From Octopus vulgaris (lineage: Eukaryota), in the NCBI GenBank assembly GCA_951406725.2, contig OX597832.1, positions 12,896,001-12,960,000 of the forward strand: a stretch of DNA of 64,000 nt. The letters are read 5' to 3'. Below, piece by piece: positions 13,577 through 28,850 of this stretch. The notes under the pieces were generated by a model. That model saw nothing but the letters and a program-made list of their open reading frames with translations. It was not told where the DNA came from and made no database searches. Position 1 is the first letter of the stretch. The number at the start of each line of letters is the position of its first letter. The position numbers and the translations under genes were made by a program.

Positions 13577-13762
13577 GTTTCTTGAGCACGGGGGATGGTA
13601 CTGCCTCTGGTAACTACGCCACACTTGATCAAATCGCAGCGTTACATTGGCTGAAGGAAAACATTGAGAGCTTCAACGGCGACAAGCAGAGGGTGACGCT
13701 GTTCGGACATGGTCATGGGGCGGCGTTGGTGAATCTCTTGTTAGTTTCACCTGTTACGAAAG
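13577..13762 (+). CDS. NLGN: Internal coding exon of a neuroligin-like gene (non-catalytic carboxylesterase/cholinesterase fold)
   Basis: Polypyrimidine tract plus taacAG acceptor ending at 13576; donor AAG|GTCAGT at 13762/13763; 186 nt, phase 1-1. Translates (G)FLSTGDGTASGNYATLDQIAALHWLKENIESFNGDKQRVTLFGHGHGAALVNLLLVSPVTK(G), colinear with the neuroligin segment GFLSTGD..GNYGLLDQI.AL.W..ENI..FGGD..RVT.FG. The esterase GESAG nucleophile motif is replaced by GHGHG. Confidence 0.9.
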
Positions 13763-14937
13763 GTCAGTCGAGTCTAGTTTAATTTTCTTGTGTTTTTAAC
13801 CCACCGTTAAAAAAAATACTAAACAAAAACTATAAATAAATAAATAAAATTCGAAAAAAATTAAGAGAAAACAAACCAAACAATTAAGCAATTTGAAGAA
13901 ATAACTGAAAAAGTTTGATTGTTTCTCTTGTATTTTTGTACATATTTTTTTCTGTTTTCACACATTTGTAGTAATATGCATGACGCTGGTGTAAACCTGT
14001 CTCACTCTGTCCAAGTTCTTTGTTCTGCCATTTCTTTTTTTCACTACTATCTATCTCTATATATCTCTACGCTCTCTCTGTCTCGGTCTGTCTCTATGCC
14101 CGTCTTTTATTATTTTTTTATGATTTATTTACTAATTATTTCTTATGATTTTTTCTGCTGCTACCTCCCTTTCCCCCCTCCAATTAACAAATACTCTAAT
14201 TCTATCAAAAAATTCGATCAAGCAAAGACTTCACTCACCAACTTTCCGACGATTTTCAGCTTTGGTCAGTGTTTCTATCTTTACTTTTTTTCTTCCCCTT
14301 TACCATCTCTTCGAAAACAATCTTCCATATCTCGCTACATCTCGTTATGTTTTTTATACTCTGATATCTTTCTTGTTCTTTTTTCGGTCTATATTCTCTC
14401 TTAATTTATATTCTTTAGTGTCTTGGACGCATCTTTAGTGAACTCATTAGTTTTTCGCTCCTACAACCACTTACACATCTAAATATACTTCGTCTATACT
14501 TTCTTTTCGATTTCTTATATATCATTATCCTTACATTATCAATCATAAATCTTCTCTTATATATCTTGTGGACTCTCTTCCTTCAAATCTGCGACTTTTT
14601 TTTCCTCTATACATTTCTCTATTTTCTACGTGCGATATTCTTGCTAAAAGAGGTAAGAGAGAGAAGTACATGTGTAAGGAGAAATTATTTTTTTTTAAAA
14701 TCAAATATCAAGAAATTAAGTTGATACTAAATATATATATTTATTGATTTCATGAAAAATATATCAACAACTACCGTCGATAACGCTATGGTTTTTGCGC
14801 TATTACAACAATGTGAGGTCTTAGGAATCTAGTATTTATATATATACATGTATATACATATATGTATGCATATATATATGCGTGTATATATTTATAAGTA
14901 TGCATATATATATGATATATATAAATATACTTTATAC

Positions 14938-14973
<36 letters not shown>

Positions 14974-16916
14974 GTATTCACATATATATGTATATATACA
15001 TCAATCAAATGTACAGTTATTTGATTTCGAACCGTAGCTAATGATATCATAGATCCTTTATTGCATAAGTGCATTAGTTTAGATAATTTACTCATGTAAC
15101 TGAATGATGCTAAGAAATATTGTAAAAATAATATTTGTTATTTGATGGAAAACAGATTAGTGCATGTATGTTTCCATCGATAAAATTAATTTGTTGTGAA
15201 CGTTAAGTTTGGATAATATGGTCATTGTTCCATAATGAAATTTCTAACATCAAAAAGGTAAACTTATTTCATGAAACTACACGACTCTCGTTTGGATGTA
15301 TCAGTTGAAATACATAGATCTACTTAGATGTAATTAGATAAATTACGTTATGCATCAACATATCAACTGGCATTGTTCTCCCTTTTAATTTCTCTTATAT
15401 AACATCTATTCTTAAGATGATTTCGTTGGCCTGTATTATGTGTGCAGTATGTTGAACGAGATAAATATATTAAATCCAGTATGTTGAATAGAAATATTTT
15501 ACACTAGTTTTTGAATCTAATTTGGAAATTTTAAATACCTTCCTGTGTAATAAAACTGAAGAAAAATAAGGTTCAATGCAAAATTTGTTATAAATACTTT
15601 GTTGGTTAAATATACAAATGAAATGATTTAAAAAATTTAAAGACTAAGTGCTATTCTAGGAAGATAATATCGTAGGCTATATTCATGAAGACAAAATGTG
15701 CATTTTATTTTATCTGACATAAAACAGGATACATTATTACTGTAGGTTTTAGTTAAATATTCGTACTCAATGTGCAATACGTCATCTTTATTACGTTGAT
15801 ATTATAATATTATCGTAGGTGTGCAGGTGTTTTTTTTTTTCGTTAATGGATTGTTCTAAAAGTACTCAGAAAAGTTCATATTTTTCATTCGACATAGTGG
15901 TATACGGAATTTCGGTGTTTAATTGGCTTTTATGGAATTGTTAAAAGACTTTAAGGAAACGAATGAACACATTATTTATTTGCAATTTAAACAAAAAAAG
16001 CTAAATGTAGAAGAGAGCTGAGTTTTATTAGATCTCAAATAAACTTCTCTAACGTAGAGAAAGAAGAATTTTCATAGCATATATCAGCGAAGAAATTTAT
16101 ATAATATATAGAATGATAGATCGATCAACAATCATGGTATGTCTAACTTTATACACACGCATACATACATACTTGCATGCATGCATAAAATTATTCACAT
16201 ATATAAACTTAATTCTTCAGTTAGTTTGCTGCAACTCTGGGTTTACCGTTAAAGTCACGTATTCTTCAAGGTTTACATAGGAAATATATGCCTTTCATTT
16301 GTAACTTCATATGGCATCTTGTTCCAATTAAAAGATATTTCATAATCTGGTTAAATGAGCCGAGGGATCCTTCGATTAAAGTTTGTTTAACATGCAAAGC
16401 TATGCTTAAAACCAGACGAAACAAACAACCAAGTGCATTTATATTATATTTAATTGAAATCATATCGGTAACCTCTACCTTTTTAAAACTTTTCTAGTCA
16501 GCTAGTATTGTCTCGGTATAGAGTTAAGCCATTTTGATTTTGCGTATTTAGTTTTTATCTCATTTTATTTAAATATTTGAATATTTATCATACTTTAATT
16601 TAGATGTTGGTTTCTGCATCGTTTTATTAATAAAAAGTAAAGAATATCGAGATTACCTGATCAGGTTTTATCATTACATTTCCTATATTATTCGAGGAAA
16701 ATATTTGCCATACAGTTTAGCAGTTCTGCATGAAGGAAGATAAGGGTTAAGTTTATTTTTAATATATGAGTTTTGTTTTATCTAATATTGTTGTATTTTT
16801 TTGTATTCAGAATAGCTGGTTATGCTTATGGCAATTTAGGACATATTCCCAAATGATTCTCGAAATTTTATGCATGATTTTTTTAGTTGATGGAATAGCT
16901 GGTTGTGTAATAATGC

Positions 16917-16987
<71 letters not shown>

Positions 16988-17177
16988 ATGGGATATATAT
17001 GCGCATATATATATATATACACAACGTAATGTAATCAATAGTTTGTGATGTGTTAACGGATTCATTTCTCGATAGGTAGTAGCTTCATCTCAGTGTAAGG
17101 ATTTTATCATTATTTACAGGCTTATGATGTACAAAGCTCCCAATAATTTTTTTAAAATTTAGGTATGCTAAATTAAG

Positions 17178-17211
<34 letters not shown>

Positions 17212-17699
17212 TGTAGACATTCTGACACGCCCACACATACGTATATGTATATATATATATATATATTTACTTACATATATATGTATATATATATGCATAT
17301 AAATATGTGTGTGTTTGTATGTATGTAGAAGTATATATATATATATATATATATTTTCGGAATTCATGATTTATAAATCATATCTACACAGGAAAAAAGA
17401 ACAAGCTGAGGAGTTAAAAGTGTTATAATACTAAAGGAAAAATACTTCAATCCCAATTACCCAAAATTACAAATGTAAAGCGGCAGAAAGCTTAGAAATT
17501 CTATACGTGTAACGTACGAATTCGTAAAATAATTATTATATAAACATTTGTATTTTTCATATAAATAAAGCAAATTTAATGCTGAGAGGAGGAAAGTAGA
17601 GATAGAGAGAGAGTATAGTGGGTTGTGAATTAAATATTTAATTCCGTTGAACTAAACGTTTGAAATGCATTATCCTGTTTGTTCAGTGTTTAAGATTTT

Positions 17700-17969
<270 letters not shown>

Positions 17970-20868
17970 AGTCTTTTATGTTGTATCCATGTATGCTATA
18001 TATACATGCATGCCTATATGTATGTATATGTGCGTACAGATCTTTTCACAAATATTAATGCACTGATATGTGTCATAATGTGTATGATTGCACGTCTACT
18101 AAATTCGAGTTCACGCAAAAGAAGAAAATTATAAAAAATTAATACTATAATCTTCGCATTATTTTCATGTATATTATACAAGTATTTACTGATTTGTTAT
18201 TAAGAAAGAAAAAGAAATTTATTTTCTATGCGCTCAGCATTTCCTATATCTATTAATTAGACTATTGTAAAATGGTAAATTGAAATTGAAAAACATTGCT
18301 TTTTTATTTTCTTAATTAATCGTTTGTCAATTATATTGCACACATAAAACTACTATTTATTATTAATCATAATTTTATATATACACAACGAGAATTATGT
18401 CTTGATAATCTAGAACAGCGAAGGTACTTCATCATAAATGTTTATGCCAACTATAAATTTATTCATGTTTGTTTGTTGATGTTAACTAAAGGACTTATTT
18501 TCTTCGATATATTACTTCTAATTTCAAAACTATTTAGTCACTGGAAATATTTATTGGATCTGAATATGCAAATAATTATAATGGAATAATACGTATTTTA
18601 TAAAGAGGAGTGTAACTCTAAAAGAAATGTTTTGATTACCTTAAAGTGCACCAAATCGTCTATGCATATTTAGGTATTAGAAACAATATCTAGGAGATGC
18701 ATATATCTTTAATTATATTTTCTACATTTACCAAAATTATTCTAGAATTTAAACTATAATACAGTTTCACCCATTTGCCAGGCAAATGCCTTGCAGAAGT
18801 GAGCTTATGATATTACATTCCATGAAAATAAATATACGTGCGTATTCTCATAATTATTTATTTTTGTGCCATCAAATCGACAAGCAACACCTGGTGACTT
18901 CTTTAATAAGCGCTAGGTGATTGCCATGAAATCTTGTCGAGTGAATAATTCTTGTTGCATACTTATGATTTCTTGTTGCATATATACCAAAATTTCGTAC
19001 AACTACATTGACACTAAGAACATAAACAGCCGTACTAAATGCTATAACGCCTTCAGTACACACTAACATTTCCGATAGCCCAAAGCTCTGGGCTATAATT
19101 TGTCATCCTTGGAAGGATAAAAGGATAATTTGGCCACGACCGCATTTGAACCCTGTAGGTAATGAGCCGGAACAAGTACTGTAAATATGTTTGTCCCATT
19201 CTAACAGAGTTACAGAGGGACAAAAGGCTTTCTGTTGCCTCAGTTTCGTAATAATATTAACCAGCATTATACTCACGGATAATCGGCATAAATTATAGTT
19301 TGCCTGATGTAATCTCAGGCATTCATCTTTCTAAAACCAATAAAAAAAATTAACTAAAACTACAACCAGCCGACGAGATCATTTACATTTCTTCTAAAAC
19401 GGTGTGGTCCTTCTTCCACGTTATAATTCAGTATTACATTTATAAACTGATGAATATATTAAACGGAAATCGATAAATTTCTGATTAAAAACGACAATGG
19501 TTATATTCAACTTAACGATTCTCAAGTTCAACGATTGTCCAAAATGTGCAACATTAAATTGGTTAAACAGAGCCAACATTTTATATGCAGTGAGTGTGAG
19601 ATTAGAAATCCTGAATTAGAAAAATAATAATAAGACACCTTTACAAATTAAAAATTTACTCGCTAACTTCATGTCAGATATAACTCGATTTATCAAGCTT
19701 CTTCAGAAGTAATGACACCAGTCAACTAAAAACAAAGAACTAGTTTTAAAAATATATATCTTTTCATCTATAAAGTTACATATATATCTTTTCATATATC
19801 AAGTTCTGGGACATGTTAATTCCGTTTGTATGATTCATCGGAAAAGATTTAGTTAAAACAGTCCAATCAAATTATGAAGAATAGAAAAAAATATACGCCA
19901 GAACAAATTTTAATTAAGTAATATAGGTTGTTTTACAATTCATTTCCGTGACATGCTCCGAAAACTTGCAGATATATTTGAAATTATTATAATGTAGAGA
20001 TGATTTCGCATTGAGTCAAAGGGTAGATACATTTTTGCAAATATAGGAATACTGTACAAAATAAAAAGCAGGTCTGTTTGCTTGCTAGAACTAAGAGCAA
20101 ATCTTTCTGAATTGATGAGATAAAATTACCGCTTTAAAAGAAGAAGGATAAATATGGTAATTATAAATAAAACCTTAGATGTCCAGATGGTATCAGTTAG
20201 AATGCGTTTGAAACTAACAAGAGATTCTGCGTATATAATCGATATAAGGAATATATACGAAACATATAACACGAACGAAAATGTAAAAAATTTTTGTAAT
20301 TGATATTAAATGGCAGGAAGAATATGAGCATTTGAAACCGAATAAAAATCTACATGAAGGGATCGTGATACACATAGATAATCTTATAATTGAGGGAATA
20401 ATGGCATTAATGCAGAGTAATTCGAGAAAAAATATAAAACTTGAAAGCGAAAAAAATAAACATAAAATAACCATGACAAGGTTGGTTATAAACATTGAAT
20501 ATAGAGAAATTCATTCTTAAAATAATACTCATTTCTTCAATATTTACAGAGATATTTACTAATATTTTAACAAATTGTTTACAAATCAGTATTGTAACTT
20601 ATTATTCAACAATCGTAAATATTCATATGCTACTTGGAACGTATACATCGTTAGGTTCAGTTGTTTATATTTACAAAAAGTAGGCAAATCTAAGAAATAA
20701 AAACGCACCGAAGTTATTCTGCGTAGATATTCATCAGGCAAAAGCTAAAAATATATAGACATTCACTCGTATATTTGCGAGTATACGTATACACGTACGC
20801 ATACATGCATATGAATACAGGTATGTGCGCACACCAGACATGCACTCAATCCCTCGCAAACGAAAAAA

Positions 20869-20925
<57 letters not shown>

Positions 20926-21068
20926 GCACAAACACACATACACACACGGTTTATTGGTTTAAGGTTGAGAAAATGCTCTGAACAATTATCAAGCTTTATA
21001 AATAAAACCTTACAAATAGTGAAAATTTATCCACCATTGGGGTGTGGGGCTTTCATTGTCACATACAT

Positions 21069-21154
<86 letters not shown>

Positions 21155-21589
21155 GTATATATATATAAAGACGTAGAACAGAATCGATCCTGAAATCATG
21201 TAGTTGAAAGCGAACTTCTTAATCACACAGCCAAGTGTGTGTGTATGTATATGAAGGTATGTGTATATGTGGTTTATGTCGGTATTTTGTGTAGCGTGTA
21301 TGTGCCCATGTTTGTGTACTTGTGTGCGTGTGTGTATGTGTGTGTGTGTGTGTGCTGCTTTTCATATATCAGCTGCTCTTCCAGCATCTCTCATGAGATA
21401 ATTGCTGCAAGCTCGAAAATTTCCACCCTGAGGCACATTCATAGAGAATCTTTCTATTACAGAAAACGAAGAGTTTCACGTACCTGCCAACAATGTTGTA
21501 GAAGGAAAACTGGAAACTCCATACCAATATCCTTAAATGTAGAATCTTTTACAACTAAAGATTAAAGCATGTTAACCGACACTATACTA

Positions 21590-22122
21590 TTGGGTTGTCC
21601 TGAAAGCTCATGCCGATGTATAGTCGCTTACATTTCGACTTATTTTAGAACGTGGTTGAGTCCATGAAATAGGATTTGACAACACCTCCATTTAGAGCAG
21701 AGTTTAAGCTATCTTTTCCTGGAAGAAGATTTATATTCCTATAACCTGTGTTAATTCTGTAACCCTTTAAAATGGAAGATAAGAAAATTCATTTTCGGCA
21801 CTTGATGCTTTGGAAATCAGACAAAAATACCTGCTGCTCGACTTGGATGTGTTACCCTACCCTCCATATTCACCAGATGTTGCTTCTTCGAATTTCCACT
21901 TATTCAGGTCTCTGCAGAATAGTCTTAATGGTAAACATTTCAATTCCTAGGATATGAAACCACCCCGATTCTGGGAAGAGGGTATTTTCATGTTAACGGG
22001 AAGATGGAGATTCATTGTGCAACACAATGGTTCATATTTGGCTGATTAAAAATGTAATGTCAAGTATTTATTGACCTTTTACTTTCCTTTAAAAATCGGC
22101 ACGAACTTTCCGGACAACCCAA
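21590..22122 (+). mobile_element. Internally deleted mariner transposon
   Basis: TIRs TTGGGTTGTCCTGAAAG..GCCGAT / ATCGGCACGAACTTTCCGGACAACCCAA with TA on both sides. Transposase N-terminus MEDKKIHFRHLMLW is joined to C-terminal WDVLPYPPYSPDVASSNFHLFRSLQNSLNGK (YSPDLAP motif). Confidence 0.92.
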
Positions 22123-23897
22123 TAGTTTCCATCAATCAAAAAACACCGTATTTCACTTAAATTTACGGACCACGATACGCTCTGAACTACAAAAACTGAC
22201 CTCAGTGGAATTTGAAAGAATAACACAGAAAGTAGAAAATCCAAAGATAAATACCACAAGGCATTCGATTTGATTTTCCTCCACTAGACAGGCATATATG
22301 TGTGTATGTCTCTGTGAGCGCGTGCATATACATGAATATATAAATATGTATATATACATATGTGCATTTGTGTGCGTGTGTGTGTATGTGTGTGTATGTG
22401 TTTATAATTACGTATTCGTCAAGATCACCAAATTGTACTCCACGCAGAAAGAGATAAACCTTATTTAATGTACGGTCTATAAAGATACGAGTTACTAATA
22501 AGTTTTTGATTTGGAAACACAGTTTGGGTGTTACAATAACCTTCCGAGACCTGTGTCTCCGAAGTATGTAGCTATTAAATGCTCGTATCATTAAATTACA
22601 CACACACACACACGAGTGAATGGACAAACGAAATACTAAGGTACTCCATGTATATACACCCAATGTATACATTGTTATTTATAACAGTTTGATGCGACTT
22701 AAGATTTTGTAAGCTACTAACAGAACCCGGCTCACTCAGGCCTAGATTACCGAATGGAGAAACACAAGAAGTATAAGACGGCTAGTGGAAATTCAAAATA
22801 GTAAGTGGAAATCCAATATAGTTACTACTAGGCTGGTAACCGCTTTGACCAAAATAAGCCCACTTTTCAGTAGTCATCTGGGACTTCCTATTTCTTCATT
22901 CGGTAATCTAACCCAGAACGAGTAGAGTTTCTCACAGAATCCTGCGAAACCTAAAGCTACGTGGAACCGAATCAAAATATTTATATATAATCAAAATTTT
23001 ACAGAAATAGCACTCAAGTTTAAATTAAGTTGAATCATTAATAATACTACATTTAAAGATAATCAAGAATAAATAACATTCTCACACTGCATAAGGATTG
23101 TACTTTAACACATGATGGTATCTTGTTATACTCACAATATGCTATTTCTCGAATAAATAGCTATTAGACTCATGATTCAGTGACGTTGCTAATATTTTCC
23201 AGATCGACTTTCAATAGAGAACAGATAGGTGAATAATTACGGTAGAAAATCCATCTTTAAATACTTATTGCACATGGTGTTTGCTCAGCTGTCATAAATA
23301 TTAACTATAGTGTGGCTGTTGTTTAACCGAACGGGAAGAGGTCTATGCATGAATATATTGCAAACGAGGCACCCTTATATTTTTAGACTATGTAGCACTG
23401 TTTAATTTAATGCGTCCTTTGTGAAGGAATTTAAAGGGAACTAAGTCGATATTTAGAGTAGACAGAGTCGTTATGCACATGGTTTCTATGGATATCATTG
23501 CTGTCTTTCACAATAGAGCATAACTCTCTGGGAGAATTTGCAGAGAAAATCTAGCGAACGAAGGTACAAAAATCATGGCTAAGAGCAGAATATGTATGAT
23601 ATTGTGAGAGACGGAAGGGAGCCTTCTGCAAGTTATTTAGTAGATCCCTGAAACTGGATATACAGAGAGACAAAAGTAACCAGAAGACACATTTTATACT
23701 CATACTAGAGACATAATCTGACTTCAAGTAACAGGAGCGAACACCACAAAGGGCAACGAAATGTGAGGTTATAGCATTTATATAGCATTAATATGGGCGG
23801 TCTTTTAAGCCGATCGGCAAACAGTCATTAAACTCACTCCCACTTATATTTGCATTGATAACGTCCACGAAGCTTCTTTCACTATACTTGGGAGAAA

Positions 23898-24273
23898 TAA
23901 GGCGGCGAGCTGGCAGAAACATTAGCACGCCGAGCGAAATGTGTAGCCGTATTTCGTCTGCCGTTACGTTCTGAGTTCAAATTATCCTTTCGAGGTCGAT
24001 AAATTAAGTACCAGTTACGCACTGGGGTTGATATAATCGACTGAATCCGTTTGTCTGTCCTTGTTTGTCCCTTCTGTGTGTAGCCCCTTGTGGGTAATAA
24101 AAAAATAGGTATTTCGTCTGCCTTTACGTTCTGAATTCAAATTCCGCCGAAGTCGACTTTGCCTTTCATTCTTTCAAGGTCAACAAATTAAGTAGTAGTT
24201 GCGTGCTGGGATCGGTCTAATCGAATGGCTCCCTCCCCAAAACTTTAGGGCATTGAGCCTAGAGCAGAAAATA
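23898..24273 (+). mobile_element. SINE family A dimer with target-site duplication
   Basis: Two units; flanked by ATACTTGGGAGAAAT and ATACTTAGGAGTAAT. Confidence 0.88.
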
Positions 24274-27200
24274 ATACTTAGGAGTAATTTGGATGAAATT
24301 TGCCGCAATTGGATACAAGTAACCAATGCAAATTTTTCATCATCAGTAGAAGAATGAGCAATGATTATGTTGGTAAAAATAATCCATCCTGCATCAATAC
24401 ATATTATCGCTATAGTTACCGCATACACGCAAGATAAATGAGATATGGTTGAATACTAAACATTAGGATTGAAGTAGAGGCAATAGAGGATCGTCAACGG
24501 TTGGCATTTTAGAAATAGCAGTCGAATTTTCCTCGAGTCCCTGTATGCCATGTTATAATGCAAGGAAGTATTGACAAATAATTTTTGATAACTGAGTATC
24601 TGATTGATAAAGGCTAATGAGAAGTATCGATCAAAGGACTCCCGAATATCCATTTGTGATGTCTTAAAGTAGACCTTGAAATATATACAGAATAATTAAT
24701 GCATTGCTGGAAAGACAGGATGAAACGGCCTGAATGTATTTTCATGTGTCACTTCGATGAAAAAGGCAACGAAATCTGTACAACAGAATACAAGCTATTT
24801 ACTACCACAAAAGAACAAGAGATACCATTGAATGGAATGCCTTTGTCTATACCTTATTGAAAGTAAGATTACACAACTACATCAACAATGCCTTCGTGTA
24901 ATCTGTATTTCATTGGTTGCTCAGTAATATTGTGTAGATAATTGTATATTCTGAACATAAACGATATCACAAAACCAAAATTAGAGAATCTGATTGTTGA
25001 TTAATTCCATCAGAACGCAAGATGTTACGAGAACTATCATGGAACAAATATTATTTCTTTCTGAAACTCGTGAATTTGCCTAAATGACGCAAAGTGGCAA
25101 ATCTTAAGGAAAGTGGGGTAATAATCTTTCTGAAAGAAAAAAGTCATTCACTCTGTTTGCTTTTGCAACACTGATACGGTGCAACAAAATATTCAACATA
25201 TTACGTTCATAGACTTCCAAATTTATCAACAATCTATAGGATAATTAATAAGGTGTTTAGAATTATATAAAAAAAAAGCCAATTAAGATAAGGAAATGTG
25301 CAGGCACACTGAAGAAATAATTAATAAGATAAATACTCATAACAAACTCCACTACTACGGCTGTTGTTCATCTAGGCACAGATCAGGGTAATTGCCAAAA
25401 CGCGTATCTAATAAAGTATTTTGGATTATCAAATGCTTGTAACCGCATGATATTCATAAGGTATAATCTTAATTAGTCACGATAAGACTTGTTTTATTCC
25501 ATAAAAATACGAATGTCTCAAGCGGTGCTCATTATATACGTGAAACCTTAAGATTATGATAAAAAAAAATATATCTAAATTTGTTTAAAAGAAACTTTAT
25601 ACAGAGTTTCCTATTTTTTCAGGTAATTTTTCATATTATATAAATATAAAATTTTATTAGATTTTCATAGACTAAAAAGTTAATAAATTACATTTTTTAT
25701 TACTAAATTGGAAATGAACGATGATTGATTTTTAAACTAATTAATAATTCCACTTGCCAACAGTTGGTGAAAGAAAGCGGTAACTAATAATATTAATATG
25801 TTCAGTTGATTAGTCGATATCACATTGAGTTTATTATATCTTTAACGAAATCTATTCCAATTCTAATAAAATTGGAAAAATCTGATCAGATTGGATTTGA
25901 TGAAAATGCTTTTAAAGTAATTCTTATTTTATTTCTGAGAAGAAAATATTAAATTCTAGCTTTCTCACTTCGTAGGGTAAGTCAGGTTGAATTATTTGCA
26001 TTCAACTAAACATTCTTCAATTCAATTTGATTTTATGTGATTTGATTTCATTTCCCTCCTGAGATAATTAACAAACTTCCAGAAATTGAATCCTATTCAT
26101 TGAAATTAACGATAGACTAAGCTGTTCTTATTTCATAATTCAAGTTTGAAAAATCAAATAAGTAAAATATCTAACAAAACATGTTCCCGATATAATTTGT
26201 AGGCCATTCTTTCTTTGCTCAAAAGAACACAACTATCATTTATATAATTGCATTATTTATGTAATACACATGATGAGATGGCTGATGAGATAACATGTTG
26301 TGCAATCACTCTCTATAATAAGTTTTGACGTTATTAGACATAAATGCGGTCTAATTCAGCGTAATAAACTATATATATATGAATAATTTGAGGAGCTACG
26401 TACTGTCTCTACTAAATACATGAATCAATAGGCTAGCAAATTAAATATTGATTATTGGAAGCCTCAATACCGTGGAGTGTTTCTCACCTGGCATTTGAAA
26501 TAATTAAAACATATCCGGTAGTGGAATATAGAGAGTAGAGTAGACTGATGTGAAAGATATCCTAAAATAGATAATGAAGAAATTACAAGAATTTGGAAAA
26601 GATAATAATAAAAACAAAACATAATTGCGTGAATTTTGTAATACATTTGAGCTCTAATAGTTTTGCTGGAGTGGTTGCGTCAACGAAGTAGGAAAGAAAT
26701 ATCCTTTTAAAGGGTATATTTTAAAAACTTATCAGTAGACAGCAATATAATGATAGCTCAGAAATCAAGTTGTGATGGTCAATCATATTCAACACCATAA
26801 ATAACCTACATTTGTTATCAACACTAATCATATATTTGAAAAAGCATTCACAATGAAGCTATTCTGCAGCGAATAATTTTATATTCTTGTTAACTGCATA
26901 CGTAATTATATTAGGGGCACGCCTAATTTTCATTTACTAGTAATTAAGTATGCTAAGCATTACCTAAGGTTATTTCCAAATATATAACGAACATTATTCT
27001 ATTCATTATATTCTGGATATACAAATTTATTATTAAAATTGTTTAAACCATTAAAGGATGTTTATGTCACTCAAAATTACAATATTTGTAAAGAAAATAC
27101 CACAGAGGTACATTTAAAAGCAAGTCACCAGACAGAAATATAATGATAGCGCAGGCACACAGCTGTAACGGTCAAAACCTTTTCTATGACATAAGTGACC

Positions 27201-27974
27201 TAGATATAAAAAGCTAAATATTTCAAACACTATTCAAATAACATTTTCAAATCTATAGCTGGAGATATTCACTTCGACACTGTATTTACTACTAATTATT
27301 TCTTGTGTCAACAAACGTTATTGCAAAAAGTGTTTCTAGTGATAATTGTAAATTCTCGAGAGAGTTAGAGAAAATAGTAAACACAAAATGGTCGTTTAAA
27401 ATAGAAATTTAATAAAGTTTTGTCTATATTACAAGAAATGTACAAGGAAATATTTACTCTACAGCTGGGGAAAATTGTTTAATTAAATTTAGTTCTTTTT
27501 GTTTTTAGTAAAATAAAATCCGAGTTGTTTTATATTTAGTTGAGTGAATAAATAAAAGTAAAATAGAAGTTTTTGTTTCATAGTCCCCAGACATTTCAAA
27601 ACCAAAGATAACAAGTGTTAAAAATAACCTCAGAAATTTAGGCTGTATGAGACATTTAGCCGAGTAGTATCGTAACATTGATATACAGAGTATGATTTAG
27701 AATTTATACTTTAAATTAGCGAAAGAGCTGATAGTCTAAACTATGCATTCGTTTCATAATATCGGATAAATTAACAACACCGGTACTCAATAGATATACT
27801 TCGTGTATTGTGTCTTATGTGTGTGTGTTTGTGTGTTCGTGCGCATGCGTGCGTGTGTGCGCGAACGCGAGTATGAGCGCGTGTACAGTGTGGTATATAT
27901 TCGTAACTAACTAAAACAAGATGAGAAAATTTTAAGAAATGTATTACGTTAAAGCTTAAAAGGAAGAAAGATAC

Positions 27975-28010
27975 TTTTGACGTTTCGTACTCGAGTCCTT
28001 CATCACAAAA
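27975..28010 (-). ncRNA. Degenerate hammerhead-like motif
   Basis: Minus strand: UUUU-GUGAUGA-A-GGAC ucga GUAC-GAAA-CG-UC-AAAA. Palindromic ACGU stem III and GUC triplet; C3G change and one stem II mismatch. Confidence 0.5.
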
Positions 28011-28580
28011 TATGGAAACAGAAGAGACTGACTGTGAAGATGTTATAGGAAGGAAATATACACTAGCAAGGCTTATAAGAGCCATATAGGAATGCTGTTC
28101 TCTGGGAAGTTAAGAAGGAAGGAGGCACAGCGTTTGTGTATAAATATAGGTATCAGTGTACTGAGATAAGCATAAGTATGTGTCTAAAGCATTTTGGGGA
28201 AGTGCGCATGTAGAGATGTGCAAGCGAGGAAGTGTATTTACTTCTAGATTATAATCCCTTGCACAAGGGTGTTTTAATCTAGAGGTGAATTATGCTGGGG
28301 AGAAAGAGTCGAAAGCAGGGCGGCCTATGCGAGGTGAGGGTTGGATAAAGAGAAATAGAAACAGAGAAAGGGAGAGAAAATAATAGCAGTGATAGAGAGA
28401 GACACACTACCGGAGAAATATGTACGTTGAAATATTATTTACAACAAAACACCATTGAAAAATATATATGCGTACGTATTAAATGAGAAGTATTATCATA
28501 AGGTAAAGACACAATCTTAAATATACACGCACACATATATTTTATTTGTATGTTTGTATATATACATGTATATATGTATA

Positions 28581-28850
28581 CGTAGGAGTGGCTGTGTGGT
28601 ATGTAGCTTGTTTACCAACCACATGGTTCTGGGTTCAGTCCCACTGCGTGGCACCTTGAGCAAGTGTCTCCTACTAGAGCCTCGGGCCGAAGCCTTGTGA
28701 GTGGATTTGGTAGACCGAAACTGAAAGAAGCCCGTTGTTTATATGTATACATATGTATGTGTGTGTATATGTTTGTGTATCTGTGTTTGTCCCCACAACA
28801 TCGCTTGACAACCGATGCTGGTGTGTTTACGTCCCGTAACTTAGCGGTTC
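28581..28850 (+). mobile_element. SINE family B copy
   Basis: A-box TGGCTGTGTGGT, B-box GGTTCAGTCCC, CCTTGAGCAAGTG core. Confidence 0.88.

Noticed and set aside
13582-13782. ORF-track 66-aa protein starting at TTG
   Set aside because: Not a stand-alone gene; it is the neuroligin exon plus read-through into the intron (GQSSLV*).
19441-19482. CTGATGA...GAAATCGATA hammerhead-like string with palindromic ATCGAT
   Set aside because: No credible stem II (ATATATTAAACG) and a weak stem I; may be a very old relic but cannot be supported.
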